Part shown: positions 11,859-24,825 of the stretch, one piece after another
How positions within the stretch are numbered: the stretch's first letter is position 1
Layout: every line of letters starts with the position of its first letter
Assembly: GCA_000934665.2 (NCBI GenBank)
Contig: JYFJ02002430.1
Location: forward strand, 1 to 57,082
Length of the DNA: 57,082 nucleotides
Direction: 5' to 3'
From: Catajapyx aquilonaris
Lineage: Eukaryota
Made by a program: the position numbers and the translations under genes
The notes under the pieces: generated by a model
Seen by the model: only the letters and a program-made list of their open reading frames with translations
Told to the model about the DNA's origin: nothing
Database searches by the model: none

Positions 11859-14619
11859 AAAACATACAGTATTTTGGCACAACATTACACTTCGGGATAA
11901 CTAATGTAGGCTATCCAGGAAGAGTTAGGCGCCGATGTCCTGCTCTAGAGTTGTCAGTTGGTCTATTACTTAATAATGTCATGTTTTGCTTGATCTTGCT
12001 GTGGGAACCATGCTTGGTCTCTCTTCTAATTATTTTGCTACTTTTTGATCACTTTCAAAATGGACACATGCTACTTTTACAACCTCCAGAACTTTGATGT
12101 ATCAGGTCCAGAAACTGTCTGTCGGACTGAATAAAGTATTGTGTAATTTCATAAAGTTCTAGCTGCTTCACATCTTATTCAGACCACAACAGCCGACAAC
12201 AAGTGATACATGTTCCAAGTCATCGTTCCCGGGAGCACAGAGCGTTTGCATGCCTGTTGACTTAGATCACTGAATATAATTATATGCCTTCATTTTTTCA
12301 TGAATTCAATTCATTCATCAATTTCTGTGAGAAGAACGGGTACCCTGATTGCAGGATGGAAGAACCAGCAGTGTGACCCCTATTATTCAGATGTACTGTA
12401 CGCTATGTCATAACTAAAATTAATACTCAACTAGGGTCCAGTTGCCAAAATTTCCCAAAAGTAAAAGTGGTTAGTGTGGTAAATGCAGCAGAGAGAGGGA
12501 GGGAGGGAGGGGAGCGACATCCGACGGCAAAGGGGTAAACTCCAGAAGTAAGGGAGTCGCCATCCACCAGGAGGTGGCGCCATGAGCGCCGAGCGGCGAA
12601 ATTGGGAATTCCATGGAGCCGGTTTTTTAAAAAGGTTTTCGGAGTATTTTGCATTTGACAAAGTCCCTCAGCACTTTTTCCAAAAAAAAACAAAAGTGGT
12701 TTGCAAATATAGAAAACGCGGGCTAAATTTTGAGATCACTCCCAACTCTGTAGGCCGTACGGTGCGGGAGGAGTTTCCACGACAGTCGGGTATTAATAAT
12801 ATAGATTCTCTCCCTAAAGAATCAAAAAATTCCCAAAATTAGTGCTATTTCATTTTGATATACCGTATATTGGGAAACCTAAGCCCGACAAGAAGTTCTC
12901 ACATTTAGTAACACCCTGTATAACCATCAAATGCAACCTCTGAAAAACAACACCTTGAACTGACACCCTCAGTGCACACTACCTCACTATTTTGGCCACC
13001 CACTTCTCCTTTTTGGCACAAAAAATTGCCACATTTTTACCTCATCATGATGTACAACCCGACCAGTAAAAATACACCTTACACCCACTCTCTATACACA
13101 CATACACAAGGGCTCTGTTAATGACCATTAAGGGCAGACCAACTAGTGCTCCAAGTGTCCCCACTGCACTGTAACCCGAGTGGTGCCAGAGCTGCGCATT
13201 ACTCCCGCCATCTGTTCTCGAATGAGGCGAACCCCATGACCTAACAAGGTTCCACTAGCCACAATCGGATTGCCCAGAATTAGTCATCTCTTCTTCTTCC
13301 CTAGTTGATCAAAGAAAGTCCGCAAAAGAAGTGGGTTGATTACACCCAAACCTTTTTATACCTATTCAGACCTTTGCAAAAACAGGGTGCACAAAGAGCA
13401 CAAGCAAATTGGCCACATCTTTGAAGTTACAGCCACAGATGTAACCAAGGGGAGGAAGCGAAGTAAAAAAAAAAAAAAAGTCCGAGTGCTGTGTGGGATG
13501 AAGGAGGGTGGAATATAAGGGAGAAGGGAATAGAGAGAGAAGCATCCCTTGAGAAATCCGGACTTGCAGATACCTGATCTCTTCTTGGGAGTGGAGAGCG
13601 GGGGTATTGGAGCCCTTTGGGACCCCCCTGAGGCAAAGAAAGGTAGACAGCAACAAGGCTACGGCACAGATATAACACGGCATTTCGGATTACACTCTTC
13701 CCCCTAGAAATTTATGGCGCCTCTCTTGGTGCTAAGAAATATATGCTCTGGGATCCCCACTATAAATTTATAAAGTTATTACTCTTTGGGCTAGGCGCGA
13801 TATATAATAACCCGGGTGCTGTTGGGCAGCATGGTATATTTTTGAGCAACGTACCCCTCAAAAAAAATGTTTGAATGAGGAATGCAAGAGTTATGGGACG
13901 ATAATGAGGTACTAATTACGTACTAATGTCGCCGTTTTGTTCCAATTTGTAGTGTTGGGTGTGGGATTGCTGAACCATGCATTATCATGTAAACATAGTT
14001 TTAGGCACTGCAACTGTAATTTCTAATTTGTATTCCGTCTGTTTTCTGGTTCCTCTGATATATATGTGACAGGAGAGTGCGCAGAGAAGTATCTCGCTTA
14101 TACGAGACTACAAATTGAATAGATGAAACCAAAACCATAAGACTCTCTGATGAAAAATGGTTTTGCTTTTAACCTTCTTTCCGCAACTTATGGCATGCAT
14201 CTGAAAGAGCAGTATTTTAATAAGCCTTTTATAAGCAGCTTTTCATTTTCCTCAGGATATCTCTCTTTTCAGAGTTGTAACAAAGTGGCACCGTCCAATT
14301 TCAGGCTCACTCGTTACTTAGGGAGAGTCCCGAGGTCTACATAGCCGGTTTTACCTTCATTTTCCCACATGCACACATGGCCTTGTTTGTCGTATAAATG
14401 ATGCACCACCTATACTGTAACTAGGTGGAAAGGTCAGAAACTTTCCAGTATGTGCTCCTGGACTCTGTATTATAAAGTTGAAGGAACAGCTTCATGAGAT
14501 TAACAATAACGAGGGGGTGTCATTATATCATATTTCAGTGTCGTTCGATATGTGATTAATATATGCACGAATCTTGATGAGGAACATACCGTATACATAA
14601 TAATTATTGTAGAAATAAT

Positions 14620-14872
14620 ATTATTATTTATAATCAGTTACCCCGTGATTAGACTGTGGCCTCTTAGGGGATCTTTGAGATCTAATCTGTGATAATGATG
14701 GATTTTGATTATGGAAGGAACGGGAGAATCCCGAGAACATCCACGCTGACGCGGAGAGAACCCATCGTACCTCTTATCACGCAATATGTATTCCTCCACC
14801 CGGCACTGAGATCGAACTATAGGGACATCAGATGTGGGAGGCTGTGGTTTTAACCACTATGCCATCATTCCC
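14620..14872 (-). mobile_element. tRNA-derived SINE, family E (older, with a V-SINE-like central motif)
   Basis: Minus-strand TGGCATAGTGG (A box) and AGTTCGATCTC (B box), central GCGTGGATGTTCTCGGGATTCTCCCGTTC, and the shared 3' stem-loop at about 14638-14670. No TSD seen. Confidence 0.65.
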
Positions 14873-17800
14873 ACATATCTGGACCAGGAATTTTTACTCA
14901 ATACACGGAAAATCATTTTGAAAATTACATTCAACTATAGTTTCTCACTGAACGACATGGCTACTTCACGTCAGTGACACTCCAATATTTTTCAGTTACA
15001 GTTACGCCATGTCGGTTGGCTAGAAGTTCTAGTATTTAGGAATGTTCCCCACAAAAACTCATCACTCATCCTGAAATATGGAAAAAGAGGGGATATAGGA
15101 ACCAAAATTCGCCTAGAAAGGATGTCAATTCCAATTTATGCAATACAATACAGTGTGCAAGTAAAGTACACAATATTAAGACCACACATTTATGTATAGT
15201 GTTTAAGTTTTAGATTGCTCATAAAGAAACTAACCTTGTAAAAAAAGCACACGGCATAATGAAAACTAATCTTAATTGAAAATGTCCCACTATTTTCTTC
15301 CGCACCGAAAGATTTAAGTATGAAATTTACATGTAGCAACACGCCACAAAATGATGGCATTAACCGCAACGAGCCAGAGCCTCGACCACAGTGAATTTCA
15401 TGTGACCACACACAAAATAATCGTATGCAACAGCAATAATTCTAAACTCAACCCAGTACTTTTAAACGTACTCTCGCATAGCTGAGCCACTGGGAGCAGT
15501 TGGCAAAATAAGCCATACGAGAAATATGACAACCCTAGGATTATGCATCTCTTCCCCCCCTCTCCGCCCCCCCTCTCTCTCTCTGGCCCATGCACTTCCT
15601 GCCCAACTGCAGAAAGACAAGCGTAATCCTCCTTGATGAGAAAAAGTAAGAGTGCGTTGGAAATTTATCAGGCTCATTAAAGAGCCATCCCCAGGCTGGT
15701 CCCTCGCCGTTTACCTTCCGTACGTTTTTGTAAGCCTTCATTTGAGTTCCCATTGCATTCCGAAATGATTGGCCTTCTCTCTGCGATTACTTCAGGAAAA
15801 GGTCTCTGACAAGCGCAGATAAGCGGTCTTAACAGCCCCTTCAGGGAAAAGTGGGGAGAGGTGGAGAGAGGGAGGGAGTAGGGAGGATGCGACAGTAGTA
15901 ACTCTATGCCGCCAGCCAGCCAATTAAAACAAAGTGATGCTAAAGAAGATGGCCGATTTCGTGCCCATCTCCCACACCCTGCTACCTGCAGATTAAAATG
16001 GCAACTCGGACAAGGGAGTCCCTGAGCACTGAAGATACGGCTTCATCCCCTGTGATATCGGACTATTGCCGACTATCAGGTTGGGTAGATGGTGAAATGA
16101 TATCTACCTGGTGTGTGGTGCCCTCTTTCGGATGCATTCGCCCGGTGCTGACCTGTAATACACTTGTGGCGTGGTGATATTGTGTGACAATGTTGGCATA
16201 TGTTTTGTGTAAAAGCTTCTATTGTGATCATATAGTGCTCTGTCAGGGATGGAGGTTGGGTTTTGAACACAACGCCACAAGGTTTTGCAAGCTTACTTTA
16301 AATATTTAATGTTTCTCTGGAGATCACTACCCGACCCTCCCTCCGCCTCCGAAATGGCAGTCATGCTTAATAAATTTTTAATTAGCAGGTACGGTTAAGT
16401 ATAAAGTTATTCCAAACACGTCTCTCCGACATATTCGAATATAATATATTATTAATATTTGTTTTACTGGAGGCTAATATTGTATCATTATTTCCTTCAG
16501 GGTTGGTTTAAATATTGCTTGAGGAAATATATTTCAAATTATTATTGACTAATATATTCACAGAACCTGATTGTGTAACATAATCTTACTAAAAATACTA
16601 TAAAGGAATTGTCGCACTTATGTATAGTATATACATACACAGAACTCTATAGGGAAAAGCCGTGATGGAAAGTACGGTACAGTACCGGTATCTAATTTCA
16701 TTAATAATCAGAAGCAGCTACAGTTTTACAGCCAAGACATTTTGGTGGCAGTTAAAAAGAGATTTGTAACCAGTCTATCCCTCCAACGACCGGTCACTAA
16801 ATCTCGAGTGCTTGCAGAAAGCTTATGATCTTTTGACTATATCTCTCTATTGATATATCGATTCGTACCAGGTATCTGCATTTGCGCATCTAAATATCTT
16901 AGCCGCTCTTTAATGGAAAATTGTTACCGTATGTAATGGAATGCATCGAGAACGAGAGCTTAGTAGGTTTTATGCATTTTCCAAATGCTACACTCTCATT
17001 CATGTACAGTAACTTCAATATCTACGTTACATGGATGAGAGTGCACTGCATATTTGGTATAAACCTACTCAGGACACTGGACATATAGGCGTAACAGCCT
17101 AAGTCAGAAAATTATAATAATGAGACCTAACGATAGCACGAATCATTATGTTTATATTGTTGTTAAGTCTTTACTATTATGGAAAAAATAATATTAATTT
17201 CTCTATTTCTCTACATCATTTTAAACCCACTCCAAACCTACAATGTCATTGTTTGAGTTTTCTGTTACTGATGGAATCAACTTTTTCAATGATTTGTAAA
17301 TATATGAGAGCATCAGCCCTATACACGTTGACGAGATTGGGATTGCATCTGGGCACATTGCAATTATAATTTGGGGGCCAGATGTGTCGCCACAGCACGC
17401 ATCTGGTTTCATAATACACTGCCCCTTATTGACTTTGTGTGGCTCCCGACGTGAACTCACCTGTGAACCCATAATTTCCTAATCAAAGACCGTAACATAT
17501 GGCAGATTCTTAGCAGCAGGGGTAAAAGCCGAGTCATGTCAAATTAATTGGACATTGATCATTCACAACACTTTTAATGACAAACGTCCTCTGTCATGTG
17601 CATTGTCCAGATCTGAAAGAGCTGGAGTGTGAGTGGTGAGTTGAATGTAACAACAGTGTGCAGCGAAAAAATGGCAACAACACAAAGACACCGATCGTAA
17701 TAAAATCTTTGCTTCGCAACGCTCACAATATTACATCAAGATATAATATGCTATCTTCCAATTTTATGTCGTATAAAATCACAAGCGTTGTTAAAATTAT

Positions 17801-18673
17801 TTTATTAAATCCAGATTGGTATGTACGATGTAGGCGTTTCAGTTGGTAAAGCGCAGATATCAAGCTAGTGATTACAAATGAAATTAAAACGTTACCGTAT
17901 TTCTTATACTAAAATCGCAACTCAGGGCGATGTAATGACTTGCGATAGATTCGATTCTCTCCTAAAGTCTAGTCCAAAAACTTTATCCTGCACGTGCGGA
18001 TTTTGTGGCTCTTAACGTTGTTAGAATCGCAAATGGAGGACGACTACAAAGCCTTTGTCAGACTAGTAGAAACGAAAGGCCTGTATATAACCGGGCCTAT
18101 ATCCTTTGCCCTAGTTTGCCTAATCTTACGGCATGCTAGAGTAAATCCAGACTATACAAGGCTTGTGGACAAAGTATGGTGTAACTTGCAGAACGCCACT
18201 GCACTCATGAAATACTGTGTAATTTCTGGGAGGTCAGGAAATGTTAGCCTTTGAGTAGCGGTTGGCCAAGAGCACAGCATATTTTGGGGAGACTGGAGAT
18301 AAATGTTCATATTGCGCAGGCTGTCTGCATGATCGTATTTCCCTTACATGGCGAATATGAAGGTCGCCTGCTGGCGCCTATTGTGTAGGTTGATTACGGT
18401 GAGGAATGTGTATGTTGCCAATTTTGCGAATCTCGCATGTGTCATTTTTTATGAGGTATAATTGCCTTTCTACACGTCAGTCAGGTATAACATGCCCATT
18501 TTGGCAAGGGATATTATGTCTACTAAAATGTCAGGAAGTATAACATTTCAAAACCACATTATGAAGTTATGGCGGTATATATCGTCATGCAAATAAAACA
18601 CTACATCCAAAAAACTCGAAAAATGCAGTTTCGAGATAATCGAAGGCAATCGATTTGACCTTGCACTTGCTTC

Positions 18674-18916
18674 AGGGTGGTATCCATTGCTCAATATCAA
18701 GGGGTTTCAACCCGTTCAATCCCTTGAATCAACCCTTTGAGTGGGCTTGAACCGAACCGAGTAGAGCACGACCCTACTTCATTCAACCCATTGAATTCAA
18801 GGGGTTGAATCAAGTAGGGTCATGTATGCTCTACTCGGTTCAAGCCCGCTCAAAGGGTTGATTCAAGGGGTTGAACGGGTTGAAACCCCTTGATATTGAG
18901 CAGTGGATACCACCCT
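18674..18916. mobile_element. 243-bp near-perfect palindromic foldback/MITE element
   Basis: AGGGTGGTATCCATTGCTCAATATCAAGGGGTTTCAACCCG...CGGGTTGAAACCCCTTGATATTGAGCAGTGGATACCACCCT; the symmetry extends to the centre (TTGAATTCAA). Confidence 0.8.
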
Positions 18917-21900
18917 TTACATTATAGTGATGGCAGACAATTCCGGTTTCCTGGCTCCTTATGGCATTTTAGGACTAAATGGTCTTCACCAGGCAATAGA
19001 ACAGAAAAAAAATTCAACTTTGTCGTATAACTCAAAACCGCCAAAATTGGAATTAGCAAGAGCCACGTGTATGCTGACTATATGATTTCTTTGATATAAC
19101 AGAGTGACCATTTATTCGCGTTACTTCCGCTCACATTTTAATTGTCGTCATTACCTACTCGGCACATACCTAAGTAGCTTGAGTCAAAGTAATCCTGTGA
19201 GGTTAGGAGCACGTGAGAGGTTGGCTTTTCTCATCCACACTGGTAATTAAAGATATTCCCCGGTTTTCGCTAACGTGTGCAAAGTAAACCTATTACGCAT
19301 TCCTCCCGACGGAAAATAAAGCCAGAAATTCTAGAGTATTCCCGCACTAGCCTGATTGCATATTCTTGCATTATACGAATATCCAGCTGAATTTCAACCA
19401 TCTCAACCTCTCCCTGTCTCTATGTAAATTTTGCAGGCAGGTAAAAATTCAAATAGGAGCCAGAAAGGGGATGAGGGGCAGAACGGCTTCAACTTAATGA
19501 AAGTGAAGAATATTGGATGTGTAAGGAATAACCAGCAGAGGAAGAAAAGGACTGTAGTGTCTGTATGTGGTTCGAAATTTTTTTCCTTCGATTATCCCTC
19601 CGGCCATATCCGTTTCCGACATTGGCAAAACGGCGTCGAAGCCACTGATCTCGACTTCGGCCGACGGTTTCGCTCCAGTCCTTCCAAGCTGACAAATGGT
19701 CTGGAGAGGATAATACCATCCAGAGGGAAGAGTTTTGGGATTGAAGAACGTCGGCCACCCCCAAGATGAGAGCTCTCTCCTTCTACCCCCACAATCCACA
19801 CCTCCCCACCAGACTCCCCCGTGGATCACTATCTCTATCCGTGCCAAAAAAGGAACTGTGAGAAAGATGGCCTTATTCCATCGGAGGGAGCCAACGAACT
19901 CAATATAACGTTCATTTCGCCTCCGAAGATGACCGAATGGGAATTATCTTTAATTCTCAGGAAAAAAGTTTTGTAGATGTAATCTGTGGCTCTTAATGAA
20001 AATTACAAGGTAACATGTTAACTATATAAAAACAGGAGATACAATGTGACAGTGGATAATTACATTCTGAAAGTATGGTATTTAAAAAAAAAGGATTATC
20101 CTGGAATATAAAGATAGAAATAAATAAAATTTCGATTGGGGAGCGCTTGACCCGCACCTCACTAAGTCTTCCACCCCACTAAGAGTTAATAAATATATTT
20201 AAAAAATCTTTCAAGGCCAAGAGTTGAGAATCCTGCAGGGTAAAGGTCCTATGTTATTTCCAACCTGACCCCTTGTTTGGCCTGCAGTGTGTCATCATGT
20301 GGGCAAGGCCGCACTGGATCCCACACTAACAACCTCTCGCGCTTGACATTTTCTGACACAAACATTTGCCTCACATCCCGCAGAGGAATGACGTCCATGC
20401 GCAGTTGGTGTCTTCAATGTAGAAGGTAACCGCAGCAGTTAAATCCGGTGTCATCACGCCCTACATTTAAAGCACAGGGGGATTTCTGGGAAACTCCCAG
20501 CTGTCCATCCGGAGTCTGAAGTTTGTGCCACCCGGTGATTAAATTACACCAAGCCATTGCGGTATTCCCTGGAAGACGGGCTGAGGGATTTATTTAGCCT
20601 ATCCAAATTATGGAATTGAGAAACGTGTCTGTACTTTCTGGAAGGAAAGCGTCGCGGGGACATGATGAAGTGAGAAATTTTACGCACTTATTCGCTTCTT
20701 CCTTCCGAGGCCGTCTTTAATTCGAATCCTTTATTCCATGCTCGTTCTATCCCCATTTAATCAAATTATAAGCCGGACGCGGAAAGAGAAGGAATTCCAA
20801 TGACTCCCTCTAATAAGATTATTAATGGCAATTTTCCTCATCCCTTCGCAAAATTTTCCCCTACCACGTTTTCCACTCTCCAAGATGAGCGATACGGTGA
20901 ATAATAACCACTTGAACCCAACTTGAATGCACTTAATTAAATACATATCTCAAATTTTGCGTATTAATTACAGTTGTGAAGCTTGTGTATATAGCCTAAC
21001 CATGAAGGCTCATGGCAGAATATACCTAGTTACTCTATTCAATGTGGATACTATGCATTTGTATTCCCTTGGAATATGGCATGCATGAGGTAAAGTACAG
21101 TACACTGTATATCCCACGAAGAGATGAAAGTTAGTGATACAAAACAGTCACAATTCACAAGAAAGTACATGGTACGGTATTGCAAATATCATTGTTACTT
21201 GAAAGAATAGATTGTCACAATACGCAACAAAGGCATATTATTGCGGTGCGAAATTCTTTTGTGGGGGGAAATAAAGTGGATCCCATTACTGTCATTTGCA
21301 TGCTGGTCACATTCACATCTGAACAGTAGGCAGTGTCACGTGGCGTATTTGACAATTAACTCACCTTTGTCATGTATGCTTCTTTCATTGGCCGAACACT
21401 TCAACTTCGATTCTGTGAGTGTCGCCGCCCTTTTGGAATTCACAAGCATGACGACTATTGTTCCCTGGCACTTTGGACAGTATTGACTCTCGTGCCATTT
21501 TTTTGTGCAGTGGGTGGGTGGGTGGGGGCATGGAAGCGAGAGAAGAAAGATAGGAATACTTATAAGTGTATAGGGACAAAATCGTGTCAAACTTTGCTTG
21601 TCATCCAATAATAAATAATAATAATTAACTACCTCAACTTTTTCAGTGTATTTTGCATATTCACTCACGCACATGAAATTCTCTTTTGCAAATGGACAGT
21701 CCCTACGCGTATAGAAACATATCCCATGTTCCCCTCTGCACACGCAAATTCAAAATACATCATTGCAGTTCTTGTTATAAAACTTCCCCCATGCCTATAG
21801 AGAAGCATTAAAGTACGATTCCCTTAAGAGTCCTCATAAACATGCATGTAAATATCCCTTCATGCTGTGCCGTGAATATTAACACGTTATTCCATCTCAC

Positions 21901-22829
21901 GCAAAAGCAATATGTGCACCGCTGTAAAAAGTTTGGCCCAAACGATTATTGAAGTTAATACTTTATTTCCCGCATTTCCAAGCGAGCCCACGCGGGACTA
22001 ATATTGCTATGACATACTGCGGTTGGAAAACGTTGCTTCCCCATACGCGTACCCAACTCTATTATCACGTTTCCGCAGTGTAGAAGAACGGTTACGTCAG
22101 ACTAAACACGTGCTAACTTGATGAGCATACTTTGTCGAGCGGCATGCCACCATTTTGCAAATGATATCCGTAATTACGTGGGCTGGGTGTATTAATAAAA
22201 AAAAAGTGTGATTAAGCTCAGCTTTGATGCCAAACCGAGCTGGCTATCTTTCAGGCCAAGTACGCATTGATTGGCTGAACCCTTCCATATAAACGCTATT
22301 ATAGCCAACTATTTTAGCGACAGCAGGAACACAATTTTAGGGGAAACCCCAACTATTCCGATGTAGCCAATTAACCAATTGCCTATTTGTTACAGTGCGC
22401 TAGTTCAGTCTGGATTACATCTCGCGGCGAGGCAAACGATCAGATATTGTGAATAGATGTGCGGTACCCACTACAGATAATGTATAGTAAGCCGCTTGGT
22501 ATATCAAATCCCCTGGGTGCAAATGAAAGGTGAAAGCTCACTTTATCCCTAAAATGTACTTAGAGCCGAATCACGTGCAAGCGTCATATTGCACAGGCTA
22601 TAAATCCCGCCCACCTATGAAGCTAAGCCTATCATCAATGTTGTCCCATGCTGTCATTACAGACTCCGGATGTATTTGTTTTAAAGCTCTGACACTCTCG
22701 CAGACAACTGGGATCAGTATTTGCATAACTACGACCGGTATTTTTTTCAGCGCTTTATACGGATTATTTGAAGTCGTGGCGATGCCAAGTTATGAATGGG
22801 AACTAGTTACCATAGCTGATTTTTTTTAA

Positions 22830-23062
22830 ACGAGCGCAACCGAGTGCGCAACACAGTTGGCGCAAATTGTTTCCAACCCTAAGCTTGAGGGGGTAACAAT
22901 ATGGCCGACTTTTGCGATATTGCCAAGGCTCTGGAAGAATCTTAGAGAATACTGGTGTGAATTTGGTCCCATACTCGCGCAACAAACAACGTTGCCAAAG
23001 TTACTCCACTTTGGCAACGTTGTTTGCTGCGCGAGTATGGGTGCTCACTCGGTTTCTCTCGT
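22830..23062. mobile_element. MITE-like element with an internal 34-bp-arm hairpin
   Basis: Imperfect TIRs ACGAGCGCAACCGAGTGCGCA and TGCTCACTCGGTTTCTCTCGT; internal hairpin at 22968-23041. Confidence 0.6.
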
Positions 23063-23079
23063 AAAAAATTCATATATAA

Positions 23080-23363
23080 TAATTAATAATTCATACCCCG
23101 TTATCAACCATCGGCTCTTTAGGGGGGAAGTTTGTTTTGCCTGGAACCCTTTGCTTTCATTTTACTGTGCTCTTTGGGATAGGATAGGGACGGAAGGAAG
23201 CGGCTGTGGCCTATTAATTACGGAAGCAACTCCGGAATTTTCCTGGAAGGACCGTGGGAAACCACAGAAAACCACGGTCAGAGTTGCCGGCCCCGGGATT
23301 TGATCCCAAGACCTCCCGATTAGCAGTCGGACACCATATCCACTCCACCACTACTGCTTCGGT
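23080..23363 (-). mobile_element. tRNA-derived SINE, family A
   Basis: Same body as the other copies (GGAAGCGGCTGTGGCCTA...GAAACCACAGAAAACCA...ACCTCCC...CTGCTTCGGT). TSD AAAAAATTCATATATAA at 23063-23079 and 23364-23380. Confidence 0.9.
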
Positions 23364-23639
23364 AAAAAATTCATATATAACTTGAATTACAACGAGCATG
23401 GTTGTTAGGATATTGGAAACATCCTCAGCAAAATTCGACTGTACATGGTGAGGTAAAGTTGATGTACCATATAGGCGCCTCACCTTGTACAGTCAAAGTT
23501 TGACCAAGTTCCACATAAGTCACGCCTTCCTGAGTGAGAACATGGTACAGAAAAAGGACCTTCAGCAGGCCGTGAGATTGAATCTTAGGGAAACCCCCCA
23601 CCCATCCAACTACCCCCTTCTCTCCACTGGATTCTGATG

Positions 23640-24100
23640 GACATGTGCCGTCCTCCGGTTTGCCCCCACCAATTCCTCCGAGTCGACCAAGCCCATTTCC
23701 CAGCCTGACGTGCGTCCTTTTCCGTCAGTCCCTAGCCCCGGAGACACTTGCGGTTCCCGCTCAAGGATCAAGGGATTCGGGCCTTGTCCACTCCCTAGTC
23801 CCCCAAGATGGCTTTTCCTTCACAATCCTCTACCCGCAACCAGTAATTCTTTTTTTTTTTCTCCTTCCTATACTTTTCTATCTGACATAGAAGTCGAACC
23901 TCCCCATCCAACCAGCCCCCTTGCGTTTCTGCTTTGTAAGAAATTGTCCCTTCACTCATTTTTCTTGCTCCGGACTGGAGTAAACACTTCTAGCATGGCT
24001 ATTGTCAGAAACTGGAGCGTTCTGTCATGGAACTTTTTCTTGCCGGTTTTTTAAAGGTTTGGACCTGTCTAGAAGCTAAGGATGTGTGTCACTTTCCATT
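23640..24100 (-). mobile_element. Degenerate LINE ORF1 (gag-like) relic
   Basis: Minus-strand KVTHILSF*...(A)RKKFHDRT resembles the KVxxxLSFxEARK motif that follows the zinc knuckles of I/Nimb-group ORF1 (recalled, not searched). Confidence 0.35.
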
Positions 24101-24771
24101 CAGTGCGTCTTGTCCAGGCAGATAGGTCGCCATTTTTAGGAATGGCTGTACTGAGTGGATGTAGAGATAATGTGGCAACAGTGGTTGGAAGCAGCCCCAG
24201 AGTGACATTGCGTGTAGAGTGAAACGACTCTTGTGTGCGATTCGTGCTGGAGGTGATGCTAGATGCATTTTTCATTTTTTTTTTTTTTTTCAAAAAATGT
24301 TCATCACAGCGTATATGGTTGGAGTTTTATGCCACTCGCTTGTCAACCTGAAGTTCAGGATGCATGGTGCTAGGGGCTGATGACTCCCCGGGGGAAGGAG
24401 GATGATGTAGGGCCTCCCAGTTTTAAGGGACACCAGTCTCAATTGAAATAATTATTTTGTATTAGCCCTGTATTGTGCGAAAAACTAAACCGATATGTAG
24501 ATCACTAGAGGTATTCGGATTAACGGATGACGTCAATTGGCGGACTCAAAAGCCAATGTGGAATGAATGGAGAACATCTGCAGCATAACGTCCTTGTATC
24601 TCATGTGTTACGTCTACAGTAAAGTATGCGGCATATGTTCAGTGCAACTTTGCTCGTAGCAAATTGAATGTATTTGCTGTCATTTCATGAAAGCTGGATC
24701 AGTGGTGCTGACAACATAGCTATATTACCAGTTTCACATTTTTTTTCTCATTTATTATAATTTTTCTCATT

Positions 24772-24825
24772 TAAAAAGTCTTATAGTACGGCTCTGTCCG
24801 TCTGTTTGTGGACAGGTATCAGGGC
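24772..24825 (+). repeat. Dispersed repeat end (DINE-1/Helentron-like), homologous to 32225-32288
   Basis: AAAAAGTCTTATAGTACGGCTCTGTCCGTCTGTTTGTGGACAGGTATCAGGG recurs at 32228-32288. GTCC/GTCT microrepeats are typical of DINE-like elements (classification inferred). Confidence 0.55.

Noticed and set aside
19431..19847. Overlapping ORFs on both strands in a GC-richer patch
   Set aside because: No protein-like motifs or consistent splice sites; low stop-codon density explains the ORFs.
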